Source of the DNA: an uncultured Armatimonadetes bacterium
Lineage (GTDB): Bacteria; Armatimonadota; Armatimonadia; Armatimonadales; Capsulimonadaceae
DNA length: 64,000 nt
Reading direction: 5' to 3'
NCBI GenBank assembly: GCA_963795815.1
Contig: CAWCJD010000014.1
Coordinates: 118,122-182,121, forward strand
The translations under genes and the position numbers were made by a program. Positions 41,679 to 50,952 of the stretch are shown one piece after another (position 1 is the stretch's first letter; each line of letters begins with the position of its first letter). The notes beneath the pieces were generated by a model that saw nothing but the letters and a program-made list of their open reading frames with translations, did not search any database and was not told where the DNA came from.

Positions 41679-42893
41679 TTAGGCTGTCCGGCGAGCCATG
41701 AGCAGGCAGACATCGTCGTGCAGCGGGCCACCGGCAAACTCCTGCGCGCCTGCAAGGATCGCCTGCCCGATCTCTGCCAGGCCGCCCGCCTGCAGGGAGC
41801 GGCGGGCTAGGTGTGAGACGCCCTGTCCGCTCAGAAACTCAACCCCCCGCCGTGCTTCTGTCAGGCCATCCGTGATGATCAAGAGCAGGTCACCCACGTC
41901 TTGTGTCAGTGTCAGGGAGGCATACTCCGCTTTTGCCGCGACGCCCAGCGGCAGGCCACCTTCCTGCAGGAACACGGTTTCGCCGGTGGCCCGCAGCAGC
42001 AGGGAGGGCTCCGCGCCCGCAGAGCAGATCTCAATCCCGCCCGAAACAGGGGTCAGAATGGCCAGTGTCAGGCAGACAAAGTAACTGCTTTGGGACTTTT
42101 CCAGGGCCCGCGCCTCGCATAAAAAGGCGTTTAGTCGCTCCATTGCAGTCGCGGCATGGGGATATTCCCGCAGGTAAGCGCGCAGGGTAAACTTGATCTC
42201 GGCAGTGCGCGAGGCCGCTTCCAGCCCTTTGCCTGAGACATCGCCGACGACCAGGGCCAGTTTGCCGTCTTCCAACGCGAAGACATCGTAGTAGTCGCCC
42301 CCGACCAGCGCTTCCTCCGATGCCGCCTGATACACAGTTTCTACATCCAGGCAGGACAGGGTTTCCAGCGCAGGCTTGATCAGCAATGACCGCTGGAGCG
42401 CTTCGGCGATCCGATGCTCTTTTTCATAGACCCGGCTGAGGGCGCTTGTCCGCAGTTCGACTTCCGAATGCGCGGCATCGCGTTCCTGTTCAGCCTGTTT
42501 GACGGGCGAAAGGTCGCGCGTGATCCCTTCCCAGCCGCAGGGCATGCCCGCCGCATCCCGCCTTACCTGCCAGGTCAGGTCCACCCATCTGTTTTGCGCG
42601 CGGGCTGTGTCGATGCGGCACTGCAGGTGCCCGTCTTCTCCTGTCTGCATGCTGTAGGCAACAGCGCGCGGCAGGTGGGCGCGGTCTTCGGGGTGGAGGC
42701 AGGCGAGGAACTGTTCCAGCGTGACGGCAGCGCTGGGCGGGAGGAATAAATGAGCACGACACACCAGACTGCACTGCACATCGCCGCCGGGCCACAGGCC
42801 TGAAAACGTCCCAATAGCGGCGGTTTCCAGCAGGTCCGGCAGCCGTGCGGTGTCCATGTGCATGTTGTGTTTTGCCAACGACATTTGGGCCAT
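41679..42893 (-). CDS. PAS-domain PP2C-family (SpoIIE/RsbU-like) serine phosphatase
   Basis: ORF trimmed to the ATG at 42891-42893. The C-terminal half has GDYYDVF…LALVVGDVSGKGLEAA…ITDGLTEA…DDVCLLM. Confidence 0.8.
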   Translation of the reverse strand: MAQMSLAKHNMHMDTARLPDLLETAAIGTFSGLWPGGDVQCSLVCRAHLFLPPSAAVTLEQFLACLHPEDRAHLPRAVAYSMQTGEDGHLQCRIDTARAQNRWVDLTWQVRRDAAGMPCGWEGITRDLSPVKQAEQERDAAHSEVELRTSALSRVYEKEHRIAEALQRSLLIKPALETLSCLDVETVYQAASEEALVGGDYYDVFALEDGKLALVVGDVSGKGLEAASRTAEIKFTLRAYLREYPHAATAMERLNAFLCEARALEKSQSSYFVCLTLAILTPVSGGIEICSAGAEPSLLLRATGETVFLQEGGLPLGVAAKAEYASLTLTQDVGDLLLIITDGLTEARRGVEFLSGQGVSHLARRSLQAGGLAEIGQAILAGAQEFAGGPLHDDVCLLMARRTA

Positions 42894-43103
42894 ACCTGTC
42901 ACCGAAAAACCTGCCTGAAGCCTGGCATATCTAGGAGCCGGAGTGTCATCTTTGCCTCTGCTTATTTTATCACACCTCCCGGTTAATAGCAAGCAAATGT
43001 TTGGGTGGGCAGCGTCAGTGCGCCGAGCAGAGCTTCCGTGCTACAATGGCGGTAAGCGCTCGCCGCGCGAGGCCATCCGAATGGCCGGTGGAAAGGATGA
43101 GTT

Positions 43104-44399
43104 ATGCCGGAACCTGAGCACATGCCCACTCTAGATACGTTGACAGCGGGCAAGGAAAACAGCAACCCCTATCAGATCGCCCTGCGGCAGCTGGAGAATG
43201 TCGCCGGTCTGCTGGGGATTGACGACGGAGTGCACCAGATTTTGCGGCTGCCCAAGCGCGAACTGACTGTCAACTTCCCGGTCAAGCGCGACAGCGGCGG
43301 GACGCAGATGTTTACCGGGTACCGCGTGCAGCACAATACCAGCCGGGGCCCCGCCAAAGGCGGTCTGCGCTTCCATCCGGACACGAATATTGATGAAGTG
43401 CGGGCCCTGGCGATGTGGATGACCTGGAAGTGCGCGATTGTCAATATCCCGTTTGGGGGAGCTAAAGGCGGCGTGATCTGCGACCCGAAGACACTTTCAC
43501 TCGGGGAGCTGGAAGATTTAACGCGCCGCTATGCCACCGAAATCAGCCTGGTGATTGGGCCGGACAGCGATATCCCGGCGCCGGATGTCGGCACCAATGG
43601 ACAAATTATGGCGTGGCTAATGGATACCTACTCGATGCACGCCGGTCATACCGTGCCCGCAGTGGTGACCGGCAAGCCTGTCTCCATCGGCGGCTCGGAG
43701 GGGCGGGTCGATGCGACCGGGCTGGGCGTGGTGCTGACCACGCAGGAAGCGTTCCGGCGTCAGGGGAGGTCACTCGCCGGGGCTACCGTCGTGGTGCAGG
43801 GGTTCGGCAATGTAGGCGGAGCGACCGCGCGCTTGTTCCATCAGCGCGGGGCCGTAGTGGTCGGGGTTTCGGATGTGGCCGGAGGCATCGCCAACCCGCA
43901 GGGCCTGGATATCCCTGCCGTGATCGACCATCTGCACCGGACCGGCTCGGTTGTTGGCTTTGCGGGCAGCGATCCTGTCTCCAACCAGGAGATATTAGAA
44001 CTGCCTTGCGATGTGCTAGTGCCTGCTGCCCTGCAAAACCAGATCACGCCCAATAACGCCGGGCGCATCCGGGCAGGCATGGTCGTGGAAGGGGCAAACG
44101 GGCCGACTACGCCGGACGCCGACCTGATCCTGCACGACCGGGGCATCCTGCTGCTGCCCGATATCCTGGCGAACGCGGGCGGGGTGACTGTTTCTTACTT
44201 TGAGTGGGTGCAGGATATCCAATCCTTCTTTTGGAGCGCAGCGCAGGTCAATTCGCGCCTGGCACGGATCATGAGAAACGCCTTTGACACGGTCTGGGAA
44301 ACGGCCCAGTCGCACAGCGTTGACCTGCGCACGGCGGCATATATGGTGGGCGTGGCCCGCGTGGCGGAAGCGACACTGACACGGGGGATTTATCCATAA
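43104..44399 (+). CDS. gdhA: Glu/Leu/Phe/Val-family glutamate dehydrogenase
   Basis: [11 protein letters not shown]…[18 protein letters not shown], and the dinucleotide fold [11 protein letters not shown]. Confidence 0.9.
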   Translation: MPEPEHMPTLDTLTAGKENSNPYQIALRQLENVAGLLGIDDGVHQILRLPKRELTVNFPVKRDSGGTQMFTGYRVQHNTSRGPAKGGLRFHPDTNIDEVRALAMWMTWKCAIVNIPFGGAKGGVICDPKTLSLGELEDLTRRYATEISLVIGPDSDIPAPDVGTNGQIMAWLMDTYSMHAGHTVPAVVTGKPVSIGGSEGRVDATGLGVVLTTQEAFRRQGRSLAGATVVVQGFGNVGGATARLFHQRGAVVVGVSDVAGGIANPQGLDIPAVIDHLHRTGSVVGFAGSDPVSNQEILELPCDVLVPAALQNQITPNNAGRIRAGMVVEGANGPTTPDADLILHDRGILLLPDILANAGGVTVSYFEWVQDIQSFFWSAAQVNSRLARIMRNAFDTVWETAQSHSVDLRTAAYMVGVARVAEATLTRGIYP

Positions 44400-44442
44400 G
44401 CTTTCTTTTGTGTCTGCTATTCCGTTGGGTAACCTCATCCAC

Positions 44443-44481
44443 AAAAACGCCCTGGGCAGCATAATCTGTCCAGGGCGTTTT
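44443..44481. terminator. bidirectional terminator between gdh and the Gly-rich protein gene
   Basis: AAAA-ACGCCCTGG-gcagcataatctgt-CCAGGGCGT-TTT. Confidence 0.7.
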
Positions 44482-44511
44482 GGGTATGCGCGAAGCGTAT
44501 GCTTTGTATGG

Positions 44512-45411
44512 CTAGAAGCTGTTGCCATCGCTGGGCTGGGGAGCCGCGGCGCTGCCATCTGCGGGAGCCTGGCCGTTGTTCTGGCGGCCACGACCACGCA
44601 TGCGTGCGCCGCCGCCACCAAAACCACCTCCGCCGAAGCCGCCGCCGCCGTAACCGCCACGGCCCATCATACTGGCCATATCCATGTTGTCCGCCACCAT
44701 GCTGGCGGTAAACACGCCATCCGCCCCGGTCTGCCCTGTCGCGATCACCTGGTCGCCGACTTTCACGCTGCCCAGGGCAAGCGCAGACACACGGCTGATT
44801 TTGGTCGTGCTCGCCATCTTGAGCGTGATAGCGGTGTTGTCGGCAGCGATCAGCGTCAAAGGGTTGATGCTCAGGACGCTGGCCGTGATGGTCATGGTGC
44901 CGCCTGCTCCCGGACGCCCCGCGCCGCCGCCAAACCCGCCGCCTGGTGCGCCTAAGCCGCCCGGCCTGGCAAGACGCCCGCCCGGCGCATTGCCGCCCGG
45001 CCCGCCCTGCGCGCCCGGCATAGTTCCAACAACAATCTGCGATGCCGTGATGGTGGTCGGGATACCCGACACACGCACCTGCTCTCCAACACGCAAGTCA
45101 CCGACAGTGGTCGGTGTTTCTGTGACCAGGGAAGCGCTTGGCGACACCTGGATAATCTGGTCACTGCCTCCGCCGCGCGGCGTGAGTGTGATCGTGTTGG
45201 CAGAGGCATCCACGGCGCTGACGGTGCCGAAGCTGAAATTGCCCCCAAAGCCGCCGCGCCCGCCGCCGCGCTGCCCCCCTCGGAAGCCGCCGCCCCCGCC
45301 GCCCGGCGCGCCGGGTGCCTGAGCATTGCCCGGGAATTGCGCCCACGTCGGGGCGGATAACAGAATACCAGACACAGCGAGCGCGCTGCGGACGAAAGTC
45401 GTGCGTTTCAT
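44512..45411 (-). CDS. secreted Gly/Arg-rich protein with two internal beta-rich repeats (DUF5666-like?)
   Basis: AAGGAG precedes the ATG at 45409-45411, and a signal peptide is present (…SAPTWA|Q). It has GGxGG/RGG low-complexity blocks. Two related modules are present (…GTVSAVDASANTITLTPRGG…VGEQVRVSG… and …ASVLSINPLTLIAADNT…VGDQVIATG…). Confidence 0.6.
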   Translation of the reverse strand: MKRTTFVRSALAVSGILLSAPTWAQFPGNAQAPGAPGGGGGGFRGGQRGGGRGGFGGNFSFGTVSAVDASANTITLTPRGGGSDQIIQVSPSASLVTETPTTVGDLRVGEQVRVSGIPTTITASQIVVGTMPGAQGGPGGNAPGGRLARPGGLGAPGGGFGGGAGRPGAGGTMTITASVLSINPLTLIAADNTAITLKMASTTKISRVSALALGSVKVGDQVIATGQTGADGVFTASMVADNMDMASMMGRGGYGGGGFGGGGFGGGGARMRGRGRQNNGQAPADGSAAAPQPSDGNSF

Positions 45412-45580
45412 GTTCTTTTCTCCTTGAGATGAGCAAATATTCGCTTGAAGTATTGACGAATAGGAGCCGTTGGAAGTTCAGTATTGTTACTATTGCATAC
45501 CAATATGAATATTACATGAAGAGCCTGCTCGCTTGTGAGGGCTCGTGTGGGGTGGAGGGGCGAACGGGTATAATCACACT

Positions 45581-46527
45581 ATGAAGGCACTACTTGCAAG
45601 CCCGCGCGGCTTTTGCGCTGGCGTGGACCGTGCGATTGATGTTGTCGAACAAGCGCTGGAAATTTTTGGAGCGCCTGTTTATGTACGGCATGAAATCGTG
45701 CACAACGAATATGTGGTCGACCGGCTGCGTCGCCTGGGCGCTGTTTTCACAGATGACCTGACCACCGTGCCCCCCGGCAGCGTGCTGGTCTTTTCCGCTC
45801 ACGGTGTTTCTCCCGCCGTGCGGGACGAGGCCAGGGCGCGCGGCCTGCGCGTGATTGACGCGACCTGCCCCCTGGTCACCAAGATCCACCTGGAAGTGCA
45901 TAAGTTCCTGAAACGCGGCTACGGTATCTTTTATATCGGCCACAAAGGCCATGTGGAGACCGAAGGGACGCTGGGCGAAGCGCCGGGACGCCTGCATTTG
46001 GTGACCAATGTGGAGGAAGTGGCCGACCTGACCGAGCCGCCTGAAGACAAGCTGATCTACCTCACCCAAACCACTCTTTCTATTGATGAAACAGCGGAAA
46101 TTGTCCGGGCCCTGCAGGCGCGCTTTCCGCGCATGGAAGGCCCCCCGCAGGCGATATCTGCTATGCCACCCAGAACCGCCAGGATGCCATCAAAGTAATC
46201 GCCCCAAAAAGTGACGTGGTCCTGGTGATCGGCTCCCAAACCTCGTCCAATACCAAGAGCCTGCGCAACGTGGCAGAAGCCCTGGGCGCGCGCGCGTTTC
46301 TGATCGGCGGCCCCGAAGATATTACTGATGCGATGCTGCTGGGGGCAAAAACCGTGGGTGTGACATCCGGCGCGTCGGCCCCGGAAGACCGCGTGCAGGC
46401 AGTTCTGGACGCGCTCAAAAATCGCGGGGTCGGCGTGGTGGAAGACGTACATATCCGCGATGAAAACGTCGCTTTTACCATGCCTCGCGAACTGATCCAG
46501 CTGAAGATGGCCCATGCTGCCCGGTAA
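45581..46527 (+). pseudogene. ispH: 4-hydroxy-3-methylbut-2-enyl diphosphate reductase, one homopolymer frameshift
   Basis: MKALLASPRGFCAGVDRAI…ATCPLVTKIH… (ORF 45545..46198) continues in the next frame as DICYATQNRQDAIKVIAPKSDVVLVIGSQTSSN… (ORF 46216..46527 frame). The junction is at the C6 run 46141-46146; adding one C restores …EGPPAGDICY…. Confidence 0.9.
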
Positions 46528-47260
46528 CTTGCTGCAAGGGAAAGTGGCCCTGGTCACCGGCGCAGGGCGCGGTATCGGGGCGCATGTCGCCCGCTTGTTC
46601 GCATCGCAGGGCGCGCGCGTTGTTGTCCATTACAATACCAGTCGGGACAGTGCGGAAATAGTGGCGAAAGAAGTGGGAGGGCTGGCTTTGCAGGCTGACC
46701 TATCAGACCCTGTCGCTGCCGAAGCTTTGGTTGCGGACACGGTGTCTCACTACGGACAGCTGGATATCCTTGTCAACAATGCCTCATCGTTCGCCCATGA
46801 TCTGACACTGGAAACAGCGACATGGGACGACTTCCGCGCGGAGTTTGATGGCGTTGTGGGCACGACAGTCAACCCGACCCGCGCCGTTGTCCCCATTATG
46901 AAGGCCCAGGGCGGAGGACGCATCGTCAACCTGCTGGCGACACTGATTCAGCGTCCCGCGCCGGAGTATGTGGTGCACACGACCGCCAAAAGCGCATTGC
47001 TCGGCCTGTCCCACAGCCTTGCCCGCGAGCTGGGGCCCCACAATATCACGGTCAACATGGTGTCGCCCGGCATGACCCTGACCGAGTATTCCCAGTCTCT
47101 GCCGACGGCTGTGCAGCAAAGTGTTGCCAGGCAAACTCCCATGCGCCGCCTCGCCACCCCGGATGATGTTGCCAATGTCGTGCTGTTTTTTGCGTCCCCG
47201 TTGGCAGATTTCGTCACCAGCGCGAACATTGCGCCCGACGGCGGCCTGGCGCTGCTTTAG
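46514..47260 (+). CDS. SDR-family oxidoreductase (FabG-like)
   Basis: LQGKVALVTGAGRGIG, NNAS, and a C-terminal part typical of classical SDRs. It overlaps the ispH end by 14 nt. Confidence 0.8.
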   Translation: MLPGNLLQGKVALVTGAGRGIGAHVARLFASQGARVVVHYNTSRDSAEIVAKEVGGLALQADLSDPVAAEALVADTVSHYGQLDILVNNASSFAHDLTLETATWDDFRAEFDGVVGTTVNPTRAVVPIMKAQGGGRIVNLLATLIQRPAPEYVVHTTAKSALLGLSHSLARELGPHNITVNMVSPGMTLTEYSQSLPTAVQQSVARQTPMRRLATPDDVANVVLFFASPLADFVTSANIAPDGGLALL

Positions 47261-47378
47261 CCCCTGCGTGTGAACACTGCCCTTCCCACCATGCCCTGAA
47301 ACCCACCATGCCCCGAAGGCTGGCGGATCCGGCGGGCTTCAGGGCATGGCCCCCATAGCACATAAATGGTACCCATGG

Positions 47379-47438
47379 CAAAACCCGCCTGCACGGGTGA
47401 GGAAGTAGGACTTCTCTCCAACCCGCGCAGGCGGGTTT
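47379..47438. terminator. long stem-loop in a convergent intergenic region
   Basis: AAAACCCGCCTGC…(34 nt with an inner GAAGT/ACTTC hairpin)…GCAGGCGGGTTTT: a 13-bp perfect stem. Further hairpins lie at 47288-47348 and 47450-47467. Confidence 0.45.
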
Positions 47439-47492
47439 TGTAACATCAGCACGGGGTTTCAACCCCGTGTTCACTTGTATCTTGCTTATATC

Positions 47493-48616
47493 TTACACCG
47501 ACTGCGGCAGCGGCGGTGTCCGGCGCGCGGGGGAACCGGCGAGCTTTTTTTCCGCACGATGGCGGATCGCTTCAATGTCGCTGTCTTTGACTGCCTTCTC
47601 AAACGACCGATAGCCAGCAAGGGCAAAGCCATGCTTTTTCGCCAATCTTTGCGTTTCCAATGCTTGTTCGGGGGAAACAGTCTTGCCCAGTGTGAACGAC
47701 TCGTAGCGACCGTCCAGGGCCAGCATGATCGTCTCCGACATGCACGCATAGGCGGTCTTGGGCGGGAAGCCGAAGTGGAAATTGAAGTTTGCGTGCGCGC
47801 CCGGCACCGCAATCACGCCGCCTTCAATCACCAGGACATCATCACGCTCGCGGGCCACATCTTTGGAGACATCGCGCGGGCGAGCGACATCGCAGACAAT
47901 CGACCCGGGCTTGAGGTCGCGCGGGTAAATTACCGCATCGCGCGCGCTGGTGACCGTGATCACAATATCCGCATCGTGCAGGCCGTCATGGACGTCGTCA
48001 TGGAGAGACACCGATGTATTCTCCAGTTCTTCGGCCACTTGGTGCAGCTTTTCTTTTTTGTCCCAATCAGAGCGACAGAGCCGACCTGCGGAGCCAGCAG
48101 CATCGCGCATGTGCGCCCGATCGAGCCCGACGCCCCGACAATCGCGACACGGGTATTGGGCAGCGACATGCCCATGCGGTGGGCCGCATCGATCGCCCCT
48201 TCGACCGCCGTGGCGATCGTGTAAGAGTTGCCTGTCGTGACCGGGATATTGAGGTGCTTGGCGACCGTGATGCCGCCATCCCCAACCACCGAGGTGAACG
48301 CGCCCAGCCCGACAATCTTCGCGCCTAGGCTTTGCGCCAGCTCGCCGCACTGGATTATGCGATTGTAAACAAACTCCTGCGGCAAGGTCAGCATCTGACG
48401 CGGGGTCAGGGGGCAGCCGATAAACCAGCCCTCCGCCTGCGCCCCGGTCGGCGACTCGATCCCGGTGATATGCGAGGCGACCATCGGCTTCTTGAACTTG
48501 ATCCCCCATTCCACCGCCCCTTCGGGCAGGTACTTGGCGACAGCCCAGACACCGCCCTTGCGGGCAATATCCCGGCGGGCTTCGATGGGATGGATTATAA
48601 AAGCAAACTTTTCCAT
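47493..48616 (-). pseudogene. NAD(P)-dependent oxidoreductase resembling cyanobacterial acyl-ACP reductase (AAR) family, one homopolymer frameshift
   Basis: MEKFAFIIHP…GLGAFTSVVGDGG…TTGNSYT…VAIVGASGSIG (ORF 47960..48616) joins …DKKEKLHQVAEEL…VITVTSA…CDVARPRDV… (ORF 47493..48509 frame) at the T6 run 48054-48059. The family assignment comes from remembered motif layout only. Confidence 0.55.
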
Positions 48617-48686
48617 AAATTATTCTCTTGCTAGTATAACACGGAACACGCCAAAACCACTCCGCACCGCGAGCCGTTATGCCCCA

Positions 48687-49064
48687 TTATTTTGTGCCAT
48701 ACAGCCGCGGAAAGTCTTCCAGCAGACGCTGCGCCATCAGACGCGTCGCGGGCAGAGGGTCGCGGGAATGGCGGTAGTTATTCATCAATACCAGCAGGCT
48801 CCCCCACTGCGTGTCGGTTTCAAAGACGTGGTCTTCCGCCAGCAGGCGGCGCATTTGACGCTCAAACTCGGCATCGGTCTGCGACTGCGCCAAAGCCAGG
48901 TCGAGCAGCCGCGCCATCTTTGCATGGGCATCTGTCCCTTCGGTTTTTGACCCAAAGAACTCCGGGCCGGGGCGTGCCGACCTGCGCGTCAGGATCAGAA
49001 ACACCGCCACAATCGAAAACACCAGGACGACAACCGCCCAAATTAAGACCAGCCAGTGCACCAT
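48687..49064 (-). CDS. hypothetical membrane-anchored protein
   Basis: ORF trimmed to the ATG at 49062-49064 after AAGGAA. It has an N-terminal TM (WLVLIWAVVVLVFSIVAVFLIL). Confidence 0.5.
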   Translation of the reverse strand: MVHWLVLIWAVVVLVFSIVAVFLILTRRSARPGPEFFGSKTEGTDAHAKMARLLDLALAQSQTDAEFERQMRRLLAEDHVFETDTQWGSLLVLMNNYRHSRDPLPATRLMAQRLLEDFPRLYGTK

Positions 49065-49143
49065 ATCTTGTTTCCTTTGCCACCCCAAGGGCACAGCCCG
49101 CTGTTTTGCCCCTGCTCTCATCTTATTTCCCCGGGTGATTCAG

Positions 49144-49208
49144 CGCGTCTTATCGGGATAGCAACGGCGGACGAACTCCGTCCGCCGTTGGTATGCGCTT
49201 AACACGCC
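49144..49208. repeat. REP-like palindromic element, copy 4 of 5 (left arm shortened)
   Basis: GCGTCTTATCGGGATAGCAACGGCGGACG-aactc-CGTCCGCCGTTGGTATGCGCTTAACACGCC. Confidence 0.8.
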
Positions 49209-49253
49209 GTGGCAGCGCCGGGGCAAAGCGCACGGGCCCCAAGAGGCACAGGC

Positions 49254-49282
49254 TTGCTTTTTCGGTCTAAATGGGCTATCAT
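49254..49282 (+). promoter_or_regulatory. candidate sigma70-type promoter for the ANTAR regulator operon
   Basis: TTGCTT-17 nt-TATCAT, about 120 nt upstream of the ATG at 49407. Confidence 0.35.
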
Positions 49283-49406
49283 AGCGGCGACGCAGGCTGT
49301 ATTTCTTGGGTGGATTATCCGATACTGAGAGTATAGCAGATGCGCGGCGGGGAGGCGGCAACGCACAGCAGTCCCCGCGTCGGCAGGAAAAACGGAGACT
49401 GTACGC

Positions 49407-49983
49407 ATGGATTCGCTACGAATTGTGATTGCCGACGACGAGCCGATTATCCGGCTTGATTTGCGCAAGACACTGGAAAATATGGGACATCAGGTCGTGG
49501 CGGAAGCGGGAGACGGCGCGAAAGCGGTCGAGCTGGCACGCGAGCTCAAGCCCGATATTGTGATCCTGGATATTAAGATGCCCGAAATGGATGGGATTGA
49601 GGCGGCGAAAGTGGTGACGACCGAAGGGATCGCGCCAATTTTGCTGCTGACGGCCTATTCGCAGAAGGATTTGGTGGAGCGGGCCAAGGATGCCGGCGTG
49701 TTCGCCTATCTTGTGAAGCCGTTCAAAGAGGCGGACTTTGTTGCCCGCCATGGAAATTGCTATTTCGCGCTATGAAGAGTTTGTGGAGCTGGAAAACGAA
49801 GTCTCCGACCTGGAAAACAAGCTGGACACGCGCAAAAGTGTGGACCGGGCCAAAGGCATCTTGATGGACCAGTATGGCCTCAAAGAGCAGGAAGCCTTTC
49901 GACGTATTCAGGTGCAGAGCATGAACACGCGCAAATCGATGCGCGAGATCGCCGAAGCGATTATTATTGCCCACAGTGTCTGA
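49407..49983 (+). pseudogene. ANTAR-domain response regulator (PdtaR/AmiR-NasR type), one frameshift
   Basis: REC domain (IVIADDEPIIRLDL…ILDIKMPEMDG…VKPF), then an ANTAR domain in the next frame (LPAMEIAISRYEEF…LDTRKSVDRAKGILMDQYGLKEQEAFRRIQVQSMNTRKSMREIAEAII). The junction is at the T3 run 49737-49739. Confidence 0.85.
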
Positions 49984-49991
49984 ACCTATCT

Positions 49992-50952
49992 TTGCACAAA
50001 GAGTTTCTCGAAGCCGCCGTCCGATCGTCAAGGTCGTCCTGCGGCTTCTTGTGCTGGCGGGTATGCTTTATGCGCTCGCGCTGGTGCGTGCTGTATACAT
50101 CGCAGCGCGCGCTTGTCTTTAATGCAGCCCACTCGCGGCGGGCGACTGCGGATGCCGATGAAGCGCGGACGCCGCTGCCCGCCGGGGTAGTAAAACTCCA
50201 TCTCAAGACAAAGCAAGGCGATCCCGATTGTCGCTTATTATGGACGCGCTTTGAAAGCGGACGGCAGCGAGGACCCGGACTTCGCGCACCGCCCGACCCT
50301 GCTGTTCTTTTACGGCAAAGGCGGCAGCCTCGCGTGGGAGCGTCCCCTGCTGGCAGCATTCCGCCGGCTGGATACCAATGTGCTGATGCCGGACTTTGTC
50401 GGCTTCGGCCTGAGCGGCGGGGAGCCATCCGAGGCAAACTGCGCGGCGACCGCGGATGCTAGCTATGCGTATCTGCGCCGTCAGCCGGATGTCGACCAGA
50501 AGCGTCTGTTCATCGCGGGCTATTCGCTGGGCTCGGGCGTCGCCGTGGACCTGGCGGCGCGGGCGATTTCCGCCCGGCAGCCGGTGGCAGGCATGGCGCT
50601 GTTTGCTGCGTACACCAACCTTGCCGATGAGGCACACGAGCAGTACCCGGTCTTTCCCGCGCCCTTGCTGCGCCTGCTGCTCCAGTCTCCATTTGCCAGC
50701 GACCAAAAGATAGAGCGGGTGACCTGCCCGGTCCTGCTGGTGCATAGCCGGGCCGACCGGCTGATCCCGTTTGCCATGTCGGACATGCTCGCCGCGCAGT
50801 GTCCCGGGCCCGTCATGCGATTAAACATAGACCATGCCGACCACGGCACTTATTTCTCCGACGCGGGCGATGTTATTTACCCGGCCCTGGGCCGTTTCCT
50901 GGAAAGCACTCCTCGTTATGAAACCCAAGCAAAACAAGAGCGTCCCCGCTAA
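49992..50952 (+). pseudogene. membrane-anchored alpha/beta hydrolase, N-terminal region frameshifted
   Basis: The intact C-terminal ORF 50251..50952 has the nucleophile elbow GYSLG and …VHSRADRLIP…HADH. The N-terminal TM (IVKVVLRLLVLAGMLYALALV) and linker are only readable by changing frame about 3 times between 50000 and 50250. Confidence 0.6.
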
